Shown: positions 20,601 through 30,485 of the stretch, piece by piece | Position numbering within the stretch: the stretch's first letter is position 1 | Layout: each line of letters starts with the position of its first letter | Source: Candidatus Latescibacterota bacterium | GTDB lineage: Bacteria; Latescibacterota; UBA2968 | Length of the DNA stretch: 64,000 bases | Reading direction: 5' to 3' | NCBI GenBank assembly: GCA_965204745.1 | Contig: OZ242010.1 | Span: 64,001 to 128,000, forward strand | Translations under genes and position numbers: made by a program | The notes under the pieces: generated by a model | Seen by the model: only the letters and a program-made list of their open reading frames with translations | Database searches by the model: none | Told to the model about the DNA's origin: nothing

Positions 20601-20843
20601 ATCTCGCAACCGAAAAAAATTATTCGCGGCGTGATCGATCTGGTCTATGAGTCGCCCGAAGGATGGAAACTCGTGGATTACAAAACCCACGCGGTGAAAA
20701 CCGATCGGGACGTGCGAGCACTGTGCGAACGAGCATCCGATCAGGTGAACGCCTATGCCGAACACTGGGCGCGGTTCACCGGTGAACCGGTCGCGGCAAA
20801 GGGCTTGTGGCTGACGGAACGCCGCGAATTTCGAGGCGTTTGA
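17637..20843 (+). CDS. AddA-like UvrD helicase with a C-terminal PD-(D/E)xK nuclease
   Basis: AGAGAGKT, ITFTRKAA, VDEFQDT, VGDGKQSIYRFR, HQAKGL, LLYVAATRA, then G.IDLV...LVDYKT. Confidence 0.9.
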   Translation: MTLRDQQARDAIARVLDQNMMVLAGAGAGKTYALVQRMVNAVQTGVVAVDQLAAITFTRKAAGEMRGRFFSALKARAEEAEGEALGRVQRALEKIDHCFIGTIHAFCGQLLRERPVEAGLPPDFSEVEQREEAVMRREAWDRFVQRCFLAEDARLTRLEELGLRPEDLYGFFHRRCQFSDVPLAAGAMDKPDLSTAVSKFETFLAHAGAHIPNPLPGKRDRLQTALTRARLFLANQGIRSNADRITLLQMLGGNLGVTVKSWAPHGDFAKVLRDELLPEFQTEVLNPTLAHWRQYVYPFASAFVDEAVGEYAKTRRESGRLTFQDLLELAARLLRDHSEVRRHFQDRYRCLFVDEFQDTDPIQAEMLLYLTGEDLEETDWRELAPRPGGLFLVGDGKQSIYRFRRADVETFDLVRTRIVETGGRVVDLNTSFRSFGNLCDWINAAFEPLFAAHENRYQAEFAPLFKFKPDGRDDFAVRRISIDKVYRNHRGQIASQDADRIANFIAAALKGETEFNGAGEDAALCPKASPGDFLILTRTSGYLSAYAQALEERGIPFDITGGNRLGEADVLHALTDFLEAIYMPDNPLPLLAYLRGDLVGAGDDALYAFNRAGGTFNWTCDLPKDLDAAWQPMFEQAFDHLNKASKWLQSLSPGAAVARCVDMLGLLPFVRALPMGATHAGNLVRAMSLINEWSAAGLHWGQVMTELRALIHDSDYKVEQMTLTFGREGAVRLMNLHQAKGLQGKIVFLADPYDTSYTRHAPEFHVSRTTEDPFLALPITKPRGPYAREVVAEPVDWETAEAEEARFLAGEELRLLYVAATRAENLLIVSTYGEKPDAGPWSPLYPHLNPVPELTRYPKAEAPPLKTRSIAIQQDREAWGRAAQRESFEVVQVTDDRADVVVTDLDGVRGSAGGGIAYGTAIHRIFDDAINDRLPADPTSYVKHRLDEAGAGAEFLPRALDALQHFCNSELWAEVRRSERVYTEVPFAISQPKKIIRGVIDLVYESPEGWKLVDYKTHAVKTDRDVRALCERASDQVNAYAEHWARFTGEPVAAKGLWLTERREFRGV

Positions 20844-20876
20844 GGTTGTCATCGCATTTTTGGATGTCCCGTTTTT

Positions 20877-21167
20877 TTAACGAGGGATCAGCCGAATGTC
20901 CAGACGACAACCGACCGCGTCTGCATATTTTTGAAGCGTGGCGAGAGAAGGGGAATGTTTTTTGTGGCGTCCAGATGCTTCAAGGCGTGCGATAGCTGGC
21001 GTTTTGGTGCCCATCTTTTTGGCGATGTCAGCTTGAGTTAAACCAGCGTTTTTTCTCGCTTTGAGCATTTCATCAAAGAGCGCGAACTCATCTGCAAGCG
21101 CGTCGTATTCCGCGACAAATTCCGGTTCTTTCATCCACTCATCGATCATTTCTCGGTGTGTTTTCAC
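20877..21167 (-). CDS. XRE-family HTH protein (HigA-like antitoxin)
   Basis: EYDALADEF, GLTQADIAKKMGTKTPAIARLE, PSLATLQKYA; GGAGG RBS. Confidence 0.8.
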   Translation of the reverse strand: MKTHREMIDEWMKEPEFVAEYDALADEFALFDEMLKARKNAGLTQADIAKKMGTKTPAIARLEASGRHKKHSPSLATLQKYADAVGCRLDIRLIPR

Positions 21168-21310
21168 GTTTGACCTCCTCTAAAAATAAACGATTTTCCA
21201 ATCCATAACAGATATTAACAAATTTGATAAAAAAGTCAACCCGCTGAGAGAGATATTTATCCTCAATTTGCGGGCGATATTGGACTGGTTGGATCCCCAA
21301 AAAACAGGAG

Positions 21311-21942
21311 ATGATCCAAGTGTTGACTTACGATCCTCGAGAAGCCATGCGTACCTTGTGCAAAAGCGATGGCATCCTCGGTCGCCTAATCCAACGGGCA
21401 GGGCCGATAACCATCGATCTGCCCAAAAGGTTAAATCCCTTTGACGCGCTCTTGCGATCCATCATCTACCAACAACTCTCGGGCAAAGCCGCCGCCGCCA
21501 TTCACACCCGGGTGCGCGCCTTGTTTTCTGGGCAACCATCACCCCCGAGCAGATGCTCGCAATGGATGATCAGCGGCTCCGCAACGCGGGCATGTCCCGG
21601 GCAAAAGTGGTTGCGGCAAATGATCTGGCGCGAAAAACCATCGACGGCCTGATTCCCTCGGCTTCACGCCTGCGCGACCTGTCGGACGCCGATATCGTCG
21701 CCCACCTCACGCGAGTGCGCGGCATTGGGGAATGGACCGTCCACATGTTCCTGATGTTTCAACTCGGCAGGCCCGACGTGCTCCCCACAAAAGACTTGGG
21801 CGTGCGAAAGGGATTTATGCTGACTTATGGATGGGACGCGCTACCCATAGAAAGGGAATTGGCGACCTACTGCGAACGGTGGAAACCCTATCGCTCCGTG
21901 GGCAGTTGGTACATGTGGCGGGCAGTCGAGCTTTGGGGTTAG
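21311..21942 (+). pseudogene. alkA: AlkA-like DNA-3-methyladenine glycosylase, frameshifted near 21530-21550
   Basis: N-half (SIIYQQLSGKAA) and C-half (RGIGEWT, DVLPTKDLGVRKG, WKPYRS) lie in different frames. Confidence 0.75.
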
Positions 21943-21950
21943 GCCGGGCG

Positions 21951-21981
21951 GACTGACTACTGACTACTGACTACTGACTAC
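21951..21981 (+). repeat. ACTGACT heptamer array
   Basis: 4 units after GGGCGG. Confidence 0.85.
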
Positions 21982-22006
21982 TTGTAGCACTGATCGGAGG
22001 CCAAAC

Positions 22007-22651
22007 TTGAGAAAGCGCGTGACCAAAGCCGAAAAGGCCGAGGGGATCGTCCAAATTTTGAACGAATTGTATCCCCATCCCAAAGGGCCGCTACAACACG
22101 ATAGTGCTTATACCCTGCTGATCGCCGTGCTGTTGTCCGCGCAGTGTACGGATGTGCGGGTCAATCAGGTGACGCCGATGCTGTTTGCAAGGGCGGATAC
22201 GCCGCAGAAAATGGTCGCGTTGGCGGTGGAAGAAATCGAGGACGTGATCCGCTCCTGCGGGTTGGCCCCTCGGAAGTCGCGGGCGATTTGGGATTTGTCC
22301 CGCATGTTGTTGGACGAGCACTGCGGCGAGGTGCCCCAGTCTTATGAAGCCCTCGAAGCCCTGCCCGGCGTGGGGCACAAGACCGCGGCTGTGGTGATGT
22401 CCCAAGCCTTTGGGGTGCCGGCCTTTCCCGTGGATACGCATATCCACCGCCTCGCGTACCGCTGGGGCTTGTCCAGTGGCAAGAATGTGGTGCAGACCGA
22501 GCGCGATTTGAAGCGCGTTTTTCCAATGGAAATTTGGAATGACCTGCATTTGCAAATCATCTTTTTTGGGCGCGAGTTTTGCCCGGCAAGAGGGCACGAC
22601 CCGCATCGATGCCCGATTTGCAACATCTATGGGCGCAGGAGTTTGTTTTGA
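22007..22651 (+). CDS. nth: Endonuclease III
   Basis: LLSAQCTD, HhH LPGVGHKTA, VDTH, C-terminal Cys-rich Fe-S segment. Confidence 0.92.
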   Translation: MRKRVTKAEKAEGIVQILNELYPHPKGPLQHDSAYTLLIAVLLSAQCTDVRVNQVTPMLFARADTPQKMVALAVEEIEDVIRSCGLAPRKSRAIWDLSRMLLDEHCGEVPQSYEALEALPGVGHKTAAVVMSQAFGVPAFPVDTHIHRLAYRWGLSSGKNVVQTERDLKRVFPMEIWNDLHLQIIFFGREFCPARGHDPHRCPICNIYGRRSLF

Positions 22652-22666
22652 AAACAGGAGCGCGTT

Positions 22667-23806
22667 GTGAAAATTCGAGCGATTGAGGTGTCGGTTTTTG
22701 AGTTGCCCGCCAATACCGGGCGGTTTCAAATGGAACAAGCTGGGCTGGGCGCGCTCAAGCGATGGGTGCGCCAGGGCACCGGGCCTTCTACTGAACACAT
22801 CCACGTTTTGCACGTGAAGACCGACGAGGACATAGCGGGCATTTGCACGGTGGGCGATGCGCGTTATACGACGATGCGGGCCGAAGACTTGGCACAACTG
22901 CGGTTGCTAACGATTGGCGAAGACCCGTTTGATAGGGAACGCCTCGTTCAAAAATTGCACCGGGCAACGCGCGGCATGTTCACGCGCCCGGGTTGGTTTG
23001 GCGCGTTTGACAACTGCTTGTGGGATATCGCCGGCAAGGTCGCGGGATTGCCGGTGTGCGCCCTCATCGGCCGGGCGCGGCGCGATTGCCCTGCGTATTA
23101 CAATTTCAAGAGTGGGTCAAAAGAAGACGCCGTAGCCGATGCGACAACAGCGGTGGCACGCGGGTTTGTCGCGGTCAAGGATCACTTCGGCGGCACGGCA
23201 GACGAGAATATCGCGTGTTTCCGCGCGGTGCGCGACGCGGTGGGCGACGCGGTCGATATTTTGCACGACGCGGCCGGGTGCGATTATGGGTTGCGCGACG
23301 CGATTCGGGTGGGCAAGGTGCTGGAAGAGTTGCGCTTTGGCTGGTTTGAAGAGCCGTTGCCGGATCGGGATCAAAAGCATTTGCAGCGGTTGTGCGCCGC
23401 GCTGGACATTCCCATTTTGGCCCCCGAGACCCTGATGCACGATGTGGATCTCAGCGCGCAATGGCTGATTTCCGGCGCGACAGACGCGCTGCGCGCCAAT
23501 GCCCGGGTGGGAACGACTGGGCTTTTGAAACTCGCGCATTTGGCAGAGATGCACGGCGCGATGATCGAACTCAATGGCCCGGGCGGGTTGTTTGGGCTGG
23601 TGCATGCCCATCTGGTTTGCGCCCTGTCGAACACGAGTTATTACGAGTTTTTCCCCGGCGGCTCTCGGGATATGCGCGGTCGGGAAATTGGCCTGCAAAA
23701 TCCCCCCATGCCCGAAGATGGCTGTATCGCGCCGCCCGATCTGCCCGGATGGGGTGCTGAATGGGATTGGGCGTTTTTTGAAAAACAACGGATTGGCACA
23801 TTGTGA
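22667..23806 (+). CDS. Mandelate racemase/muconate lactonizing enzyme family protein
   Basis: DNCLWDIAGK, WFEEP and enolase-superfamily layout. Confidence 0.8.
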   Translation: MKIRAIEVSVFELPANTGRFQMEQAGLGALKRWVRQGTGPSTEHIHVLHVKTDEDIAGICTVGDARYTTMRAEDLAQLRLLTIGEDPFDRERLVQKLHRATRGMFTRPGWFGAFDNCLWDIAGKVAGLPVCALIGRARRDCPAYYNFKSGSKEDAVADATTAVARGFVAVKDHFGGTADENIACFRAVRDAVGDAVDILHDAAGCDYGLRDAIRVGKVLEELRFGWFEEPLPDRDQKHLQRLCAALDIPILAPETLMHDVDLSAQWLISGATDALRANARVGTTGLLKLAHLAEMHGAMIELNGPGGLFGLVHAHLVCALSNTSYYEFFPGGSRDMRGREIGLQNPPMPEDGCIAPPDLPGWGAEWDWAFFEKQRIGTL

Positions 23807-23816
23807 GGAGAACGAT

Positions 23817-24554
23817 ATGTTGGCGAACAAAGTCGCGGTGATTACCGGCGGCGGCACCGGTATTGGCCGGGCGTGCGCGCTCCGGCTGGCGCGAGAAGGC
23901 GCCCAAGTGGCGATCAATTACTCGCGGTCAAAAGCCGAGGCCGAGGCCACGCAACAGGATATCGAAGCCTTGGGCCGAGACGCCATGGTTTATTGCGCGA
24001 GCGTGACAGACGATGATGCGGTGCGGGCGATGATGCAGGCGACTGCGGATCGTTTCGGACGCATTGACGTGTTGATCAACAACGCGGGGATGACGCATTT
24101 TGTGGATCTCGAGGATTTGGAGGGCCTGAAAGACGCGTACTGGTTCGAGATTATGGACGTGAATGTGGTGGGGTTGTTTCGATGCGCCCGCGCCGCGGCC
24201 CCGGCATTGAAGGCCAGCGAGGGGTGCATTGTGAATATCGCGTCTGTGGCAGGTATGACGGGCATGGGCAGTTCAATCGCCTACGCCGCATCCAAAGCCG
24301 CAGCCATCAGCGTGACCAAGTCCCTAGCCCGCGTGCTCGCGCCCGAGGTGCGCGTCAATGGCATCGCCCCCGGCGTCGTGCTCACGCGCTGGGTGGATGA
24401 CCACTTGGATCACGTTCAAAAATACGGCGACGCAACCCCCTTGGGCCGCGTGGCAACCCCCGAAGACGTCGCAGAAGTCGCCTATTCGTTCATCGCCAAC
24501 GCAGGCTTAGTCACCGGCCAAACCCTCATGGTCGACGGCGGGATGTTTATGTAG
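23817..24554 (+). CDS. SDR family oxidoreductase
   Basis: TGGGTGIG, NNAG, YAASK; GAGGAG RBS. Confidence 0.92.
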   Translation: MLANKVAVITGGGTGIGRACALRLAREGAQVAINYSRSKAEAEATQQDIEALGRDAMVYCASVTDDDAVRAMMQATADRFGRIDVLINNAGMTHFVDLEDLEGLKDAYWFEIMDVNVVGLFRCARAAAPALKASEGCIVNIASVAGMTGMGSSIAYAASKAAAISVTKSLARVLAPEVRVNGIAPGVVLTRWVDDHLDHVQKYGDATPLGRVATPEDVAEVAYSFIANAGLVTGQTLMVDGGMFM

Positions 24555-24557
24555 GTG

Positions 24558-24665
24558 AGATGGAAGTTTAGCCACAAAAGGCACAAAAGGCACGAGCGGG
24601 GTACAACTGGCGATAGCCCGTTCAAAGGCAGTCAGTGTGTAGCGTACTCACCCAAAGATACAAGA
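24558..24665. repeat. Dispersed ~110-bp repeat, copy 2
   Basis: Matches 8035-8149. Confidence 0.8.
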
Positions 24666-24931
24666 TGCGAGGCATGAGGCGTGAGAAGAGAAAGGTAGGA
24701 GCGATGCCCCCGTGCCAGTGGCAACAACTTGGACAAGGCTGGCTTAACGGCTATGACGATTGGGTAGATGCTTGCTTGGAATGCCTTTACCGAAGTCAGC
24801 AAAGCAGATGCTGAAGGCATGGGTTGACGTGTTTTTAGGTCAGTAGGTTTTATTTTTAGCAAGCGATCAGAGGCGGATAGGCGGGGGCGGTCGCGTGGGG
24901 TGACTCTGCGCTTCAAACTGGGCGATCAACT

Positions 24932-25939
24932 ATGGCGATCACAACGGAAAGTGAATTGATGGATCAAATGACAACGCCATCTCCCGAAGTCATGGAGGCG
25001 GTGTCAAAATTGGATGGCCCCGTGATGATTTTGGGCGTCGCGGGAAAGATGGGGCCGAGTCTGGGAGAGTTGCTACTGCGCGCGGGTGCGGGCCGCGTGA
25101 TCGGCGTGTCCCGGTTTTCCAATCCCGCGGACCGAGACGCGATAGAAGCGCGGGGCATTGCGACCATCCAATGCGATTTGCTGGACGATGAAGCCTTGGC
25201 GCGCTTGCCGCAAGTGCCCTATCTCTATTTGCTGGCCGGGCACAAGTTTGGAGCAACGGGCAACGAGCCGTTGACCTGGGCGATGAATGCGGCCTTGCCC
25301 GCAAAAGTCATGCAACGGTTCCCCAATTCGCGCGTTATTTATGTATCTTCTGGCAATGTCTATGCCTTTGCGGCCGCGACGGGCACCGGGGCAACGGAGA
25401 AAGACGCGGTCAATCCGATAGGCGAATACGCCATGTCCCGCTTGGGCGGCGAGCGGCTCGCCGAATTTTATTGCAGAGAGAATGGAACGCCGCTGGCAAT
25501 TGTGCGTTTGTTTTACGCGACCGAGTTGCGCTATGGCATCATCTTGGACATCGCCCAAAAAATCGTAGCCGAGACGCCCATCGACCTGGCGATGGGATAT
25601 GTCAACCAAATTTGGCAAGGCGATGCCAATGCGTATTTGGCGCAGATGGTTCCGCTGTGTACCTCGCCCGCACGGGTGATCAACATGACCGGTAGCGAGG
25701 TGTTGTCCGTGCGCGAGTTGGCGTTGCAACTCGGCGAGCATCTCGGCATCGCCCCCATCTTTGAAGGCGAAGAGCGCGAAACGGCCCTGTTGGGCGACGC
25801 AAGCGCGCTGTTCAAAGAACTGGGCGCGCCGCGCATTCCCATCCAAAAAATCGTCACTTGGGTTGCACACTGGGTCATAAACGCCGGGCGCACACTGGGC
25901 AAACCGACAAAATACGAGTCGAGAACCGGGGCGTTTTAA
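24932..25939 (+). CDS. NAD-dependent epimerase/dehydratase family protein
   Basis: GVAGKMG, SSGNVY, YAMSR. Confidence 0.8.
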   Translation: MAITTESELMDQMTTPSPEVMEAVSKLDGPVMILGVAGKMGPSLGELLLRAGAGRVIGVSRFSNPADRDAIEARGIATIQCDLLDDEALARLPQVPYLYLLAGHKFGATGNEPLTWAMNAALPAKVMQRFPNSRVIYVSSGNVYAFAAATGTGATEKDAVNPIGEYAMSRLGGERLAEFYCRENGTPLAIVRLFYATELRYGIILDIAQKIVAETPIDLAMGYVNQIWQGDANAYLAQMVPLCTSPARVINMTGSEVLSVRELALQLGEHLGIAPIFEGEERETALLGDASALFKELGAPRIPIQKIVTWVAHWVINAGRTLGKPTKYESRTGAF

Positions 25940-26093
25940 GGGATGATCCTCACAGGACACGGACAGAGCACGACACGCAGATGGGAACTGGATTGGGCGG
26001 TGGCGGGGTTGCCTCACCTCTCACCTCTCCCGTCTCCCCTCTCACCGAAGGGGGTCGGGCGGGGTGGAAACCGACTACTGCTGGAGGAACGCC

Positions 26094-27389
26094 ATGAAAG
26101 CAGCAATCACCGAAGTGAACATCACCCCGCCCGTGGGGATTTCCATGTGTGGATTTGCCGCGCGCAAGGGGCCATCGGAGGCGATCAATGACGAATTGTT
26201 CGCCCGCGCACTGGTGCTGGACAACGGCGAAACGCAGGTCGCCATTGTCGGGGCCGATGTGATCAGTTTCGCGCCGGATCTGGTCAATCGGATTCGGGAT
26301 TTGGTCGAACAGGCTGTTGGGATTTCCGGAGATTGCGTTTTGCTCAATGGATCGCATTCCCATTCTGGCCCCACGGTGATGGCGTTTCGGAGCATGGGCG
26401 ACCGCGATGCCGCGTATGAAGATATCTTGTGCCGCAAGGTGGCCGGGGCCATTGCAATGGTCGCGAAGAACGCGGTGCCCGCATCGCTCTCGCACGGACG
26501 CGCGCCTGTGCGTATTGGGCACAACCGCCGCGAAATGCGAGCCGGACGCATTGTGCTAGGCCATCATCCCACGGGCCCGGAGGCGCCGTGGGTCGATGTG
26601 TTGCGCGTGGATGCCGCAAGCGGTGAACCGATGGCGGTCGTCTTTGCAACTGCGGCGCATCCCGTGAATTTGAACGCGCTATCGATCAGCGCGGAGTTTC
26701 CCGGGTACGCCGCTGAATTTGTGCGTCGCAATTTGGCGATGCCCTTGTTTTTGCAGGGGTGTTGCGGAGACATCAATTGTTCGCCCAAGGACGGGACTTT
26801 TGAAGGAAGCGCGTTGTTGGGCACGCGCTTGGGCGCGGCAACCCTGACCGCTGCGTTGGATGCCGAAGCCGTGGAGGGCGATGTGTTGACCGTGAACAAT
26901 CGGGTCGTGAAATTGCCCTTGATGTTGCCCGATATCGATGAAGCCGAGCACGCGCTCGCAGAGGCCGAGGCGAGTTTGCAACGCGCACGCGAGGATCAAA
27001 ATATCACGCCCTATCAGTTGCGCCAACAATACGAAGGCCGAGTCGGATGGGCAAAAGACTACGTGCAGGCCGCGCGAACAGGCGGCAACCCAACCGAGCC
27101 GTTTGCCATTCAAACCGTGCGGATTGGCAATTTGGCACTGGTGAGCTATCCTGGCGAGATGTTTGTCGATTATCAGTTGTCCATGGAAGACACTTCACCT
27201 TGCGATAAAACCATCGCACTCGCCTACACCAATGGGTGCATTGGCTACGTGCCAACCGCTGACGCGTACCCGGTTGGCGGGTACGAAATCGATCAAGCGT
27301 TTAAGTATTACGGCACCTTGATGATCGGGCCGGCGTGCGAAGACATCATCAAAACGACGACGATAGACATGCTCAACGAAATCGCATAA
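26094..27389 (+). CDS. Neutral/alkaline ceramidase-like hydrolase
   Basis: ITPPVG, SHSHSGP, AHP, QGCCGD, PGEMF, GYVPT, GGYE. Confidence 0.75.
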   Translation: MKAAITEVNITPPVGISMCGFAARKGPSEAINDELFARALVLDNGETQVAIVGADVISFAPDLVNRIRDLVEQAVGISGDCVLLNGSHSHSGPTVMAFRSMGDRDAAYEDILCRKVAGAIAMVAKNAVPASLSHGRAPVRIGHNRREMRAGRIVLGHHPTGPEAPWVDVLRVDAASGEPMAVVFATAAHPVNLNALSISAEFPGYAAEFVRRNLAMPLFLQGCCGDINCSPKDGTFEGSALLGTRLGAATLTAALDAEAVEGDVLTVNNRVVKLPLMLPDIDEAEHALAEAEASLQRAREDQNITPYQLRQQYEGRVGWAKDYVQAARTGGNPTEPFAIQTVRIGNLALVSYPGEMFVDYQLSMEDTSPCDKTIALAYTNGCIGYVPTADAYPVGGYEIDQAFKYYGTLMIGPACEDIIKTTTIDMLNEIA

Positions 27390-27719
27390 CCCGAAACCGT
27401 CCATCTATGATTATGTCCCCGTGCAACATACGACACATCGACCCCATCCCGCGCTGAACACGCGCAAAAAATGTTTGACAGGTAGCCGATATGTTTTTAC
27501 CTAAACAGCCCGTAAAGCCCCCATGCTTCAGCAGGAGGATATAGTGTGGCTCTGCCGCAGGCTTTAGCCCTACAAACTTTTTTTTAACAAAATGCTATCC
27601 GCAGTCGTCAAAGTAGTGTCCTCTAAAGCAAAAGCCCTTTTTTATCTGACCTACGCCCGTTTGCGGACAAGGCTTTTGCTTTGAGGACAACCGCAAGCGG
27701 GCTTTGTTTTGGTAAAAAA

Positions 27720-28862
27720 ATGGGCTATCAAACCTACAAATTCAAGTTGTACGACAACAAGCGACGCAATGCGTTTTTGCAGGAGCGTATCTCCGCTTTT
27801 GCGCCCGTGTATAACCACATGCTTGCTTTGCGTAGCCGGTACTATCGCAGATACGGTAAAGGGCTTTCTAAAAGCCAAATGCAAGCGCACCTGACCAAGT
27901 TAAAAAAGACACAACGATTTGCATGGTGAAATACGCTCCCCAGCCAAGCATTGCAAAATGTCGTTGAACGTATTTGCTTTGGCTACGACAAGTTTTTTGC
28001 AGGACAGAACAAGCGGTTGCCGAAGTTTCGTAGTTGGTTCAAGTACAAATCGTACACGCTCAAACAAACGGGCTACGAATTTCTTGACGGCAATCGTATT
28101 GAACTTGCGTTTGGCGTGCGTGGGCGTGTTAAGCGTGTGGTCAAGTATTTCAAGCATCGAGAATTTGATGCTAAAAGTGTCAAGACGGTCACGGTCATGC
28201 GTGACCGTGCAGGCGATATTTGGTTGTGCATCACGGCATTGTTTGATCGTGAGCCAAAAGTTGTATTTAAGACGGGCAAAACCGCAGGATTTGACTTTGG
28301 GCTCAAGCAATATCTCACTGTGTCCGACGGTACAACGCATGATTCGCCTTTGTTTTTTAAGCGCGGTATTCGCAAGGTCAAAAACGCCAACCGTGACTTG
28401 TCTCGCAAGCAAAAGCACAGCAATAATTGCGGGCGGGCCCGTCTCAACTTGGCGCGTGTCCATCGCAAAGTTGCAAACGCAAGAGAGAACCACCACTGGC
28501 AACTTGCAAATGAACTGTGCAAAAAGTATGACGTGCTTTGCTTTGAGATGTTGAACCTTCAAGGGATGAAAAAACTTTGGGGGCGAAAAGTCTCGGATTT
28601 GGGCTTTGCAGACTTTTTGCAAAAGTTGCAATGGGTTGCACAAAAGCACGGCAAAGTTGTTCAGTTCATCGACAAGTGGTATCCGTCAAGCAAGATGTGT
28701 AACGCTTGCGGGACGGTCAATAAGACCTTGCACCTGCGAGACCGTGTGTTCAACTGCAAATGCGGTTGGACATGTGACCGAGACTATAACGCCGCGCTTA
28801 ATATCCACAAGGTTGGGGAGACAACCTTTGCAGGAGAGACCGTAAGACGCTTGTCTGCATGA
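27720..28862 (+). pseudogene. tnpB: TnpB RNA-guided nuclease with an in-frame TGA at 27927-27929
   Basis: YKFKLY HTH start, GFDFGLK (RuvC I), FEMLNL (RuvC II), CNACG/CKCG Zn finger, DRDYNAALNI (RuvC III); the two ORFs share a frame across one stop. Confidence 0.88.
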
Positions 28863-28939
28863 AGGCGCAGTCTTGTCGATAGCACAACCTACGCTGAAGT
28901 GGGGCTGATGCCCTGATGCTTCAGCGCGGGGTTCTTCAC
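28863..28939 (+). ncRNA. Putative omega/reRNA scaffold at the IS right end (probably also overlaps the tnpB 3' end)
   Basis: Position between the tnpB stop and the right-end TCAC; established for TnpB, structure not computed. Confidence 0.5.
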
Positions 28940-29020
28940 CTACCAGAGAGTTAGAAGCTGTCTTAAAACGAAATCGGATCCCTCCCCTAGCCTTATTCCC
29001 CCTTCTACCCGGAGAACGCA

Positions 29021-30208
29021 ATGCGTAGAAAAATGATCCTCCCCGTCTTGACCGCGCTGATGCCCATTTTGGCATACGCGCAATCCAATGTCGATATCGA
29101 CTTCGACGACAATGGCGTCGTTGACTTCCGCGATTTTTTGGCCTTAGTGCAAGCCTTTGGCTCGGACCAAGAACCGTATGACCTGCACCCGGATGGCGTG
29201 GTTGATTTCAAAGATTTCCTCATTTTCGCAGAGGCTTATGGTCAGCGAGACACGTCTGCGGCCGGCCCGGTTACCGAGCGGGTCGATGAGCGAGAAGCCT
29301 CTGCTCAGGTCGAGTTCTTTGAACTGTCGACGAACAGCCGCCCAAACGATTTGGCGGTTGACCCGCGAGGATATGTATGGTTCACAGAAATGGGCACGAA
29401 TGCGATTGGTCGCTTAGAGTCGAGCACGGGAGAGATTGACCGATTTCCTCTGACCACGCCCGGAGCGCAACCGCACAGCATCGTTTTGGGCAACCGAGGG
29501 CGCGTGTGGTTCACGGAAGTTGTCGCCAATCGCATCGGTCGCCTGGATTCCTTCTCTGACGAGATCCAGACCTTCACGATCCCAACCCCGGGCAGCCGGC
29601 CCACGAGTTTGCGTTTTGACGATCAAGACATGCTCTGGTTTATCGCGAGTGCCGCGGATCACATTGGCCGGTTGAATCCCACCACCGGGGCGATTGACGA
29701 ATTTCCGATCAGTGATCGAGATGTCGAGCTTTCGCAACTTCAGATCGGTCAAAATGGGCAACTCTGGTTCGCGGATCAGGTGCGAGATCAGTTGGGGATG
29801 CTCAACCCCACCAACGGACAAGTGATGACCTTCGAGCTTCCAAACGGCGGTCTCGACCTTGGGCAAATGGCATTGGCTTCAGATGGTCGGGTGTGGTTTG
29901 TAGATACGCATTTGCGAAGGCTGGGCATGTTTGATCCCGCCAATAGCCAGACGCGCTTTTTTCAGTTGCCCACAAAAATGAGATCCCCTTCTGCTTTGCA
30001 CGTCGATATGAATGACCGCGTCTGGATCGGTGGGCGGTTGTCGAAATGGTTGGTCAATTTTGATTGGCAAGATCAAAAGTTCACGGTTTACGAACTTCCC
30101 GATTCGAGAATTGCAGTCGAAAATTTGCGCGTTGACCGCACGGGGGTTGTCTGGCTCGTCGATTCAGTCGGAAATCGGATTGTACGCATTGAAACGCCGC
30201 ATTTTTGA
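29021..30208 (+). CDS. Secreted protein with an EF-hand/dockerin-like N-domain and a Vgb-lyase-like beta-propeller
   Basis: Signal peptide, DFDDNGVVDFRDF and DLHPDGVVDFKDF, repeated ~42-aa G.VWFTE...IGRL blades. Confidence 0.85.
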   Translation: MRRKMILPVLTALMPILAYAQSNVDIDFDDNGVVDFRDFLALVQAFGSDQEPYDLHPDGVVDFKDFLIFAEAYGQRDTSAAGPVTERVDEREASAQVEFFELSTNSRPNDLAVDPRGYVWFTEMGTNAIGRLESSTGEIDRFPLTTPGAQPHSIVLGNRGRVWFTEVVANRIGRLDSFSDEIQTFTIPTPGSRPTSLRFDDQDMLWFIASAADHIGRLNPTTGAIDEFPISDRDVELSQLQIGQNGQLWFADQVRDQLGMLNPTNGQVMTFELPNGGLDLGQMALASDGRVWFVDTHLRRLGMFDPANSQTRFFQLPTKMRSPSALHVDMNDRVWIGGRLSKWLVNFDWQDQKFTVYELPDSRIAVENLRVDRTGVVWLVDSVGNRIVRIETPHF

Positions 30209-30239
30209 CATTTACCCTTTATCGCTAAACGGAGGGTTT

Positions 30240-30485
30240 ATGGCTACTCTGACGTTTGATACCCATGCCTTTGTCAAGGAACTGACGCAGGCCGGGATGC
30301 CTGAAGAACAAGCCGAAGTGCTGGCGCGGTCTCAAGCCGCATTGATTGATGAAAAGCTGGCGACCAAGCGGGATTTGAAAGAACTGGAATTGCGGTTGAA
30401 GCACGACCTGACATTGCGGCTCGGCTCGATGATGGTCGTCGCTATCGGCGTGGTTGTTGCTTTGGTGAAACTTCTGTCAGGGTGA
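30240..30485 (+). CDS. DUF1640/CCDC90-like coiled-coil membrane-anchored protein, copy 1 (81 aa)
   Basis: FDTHAFVKEL..AGMPEEQAE head, LATK.D neck, stalk, TM LGSMMVVAIGVVVALV; GGAGG RBS. Confidence 0.85.
   Translation: MATLTFDTHAFVKELTQAGMPEEQAEVLARSQAALIDEKLATKRDLKELELRLKHDLTLRLGSMMVVAIGVVVALVKLLSG

Larger units (their letters stand above)
27501..28939 (+). mobile_element. IS200/IS605-family TnpB-only element with IS608-like ends
   Basis: Left: TTAC|CTAAACAGCCCGT-AAAG-CCCCCATGCTTCAGCAGGAGG; right: GATG-CCCTGATGCTTCAGCGCGGGG-TTCTTCAC|; both subterminal hairpins share ATGCTTCAGC; no tnpA. Confidence 0.85.

Noticed and set aside
27927-27929. TGA in tnpB (and TAG in the toxin at 46190) as stop-codon reassignment
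   Set aside because: TGA and TAG terminate many intact genes in this window; simple TGG nonsense mutations explain both
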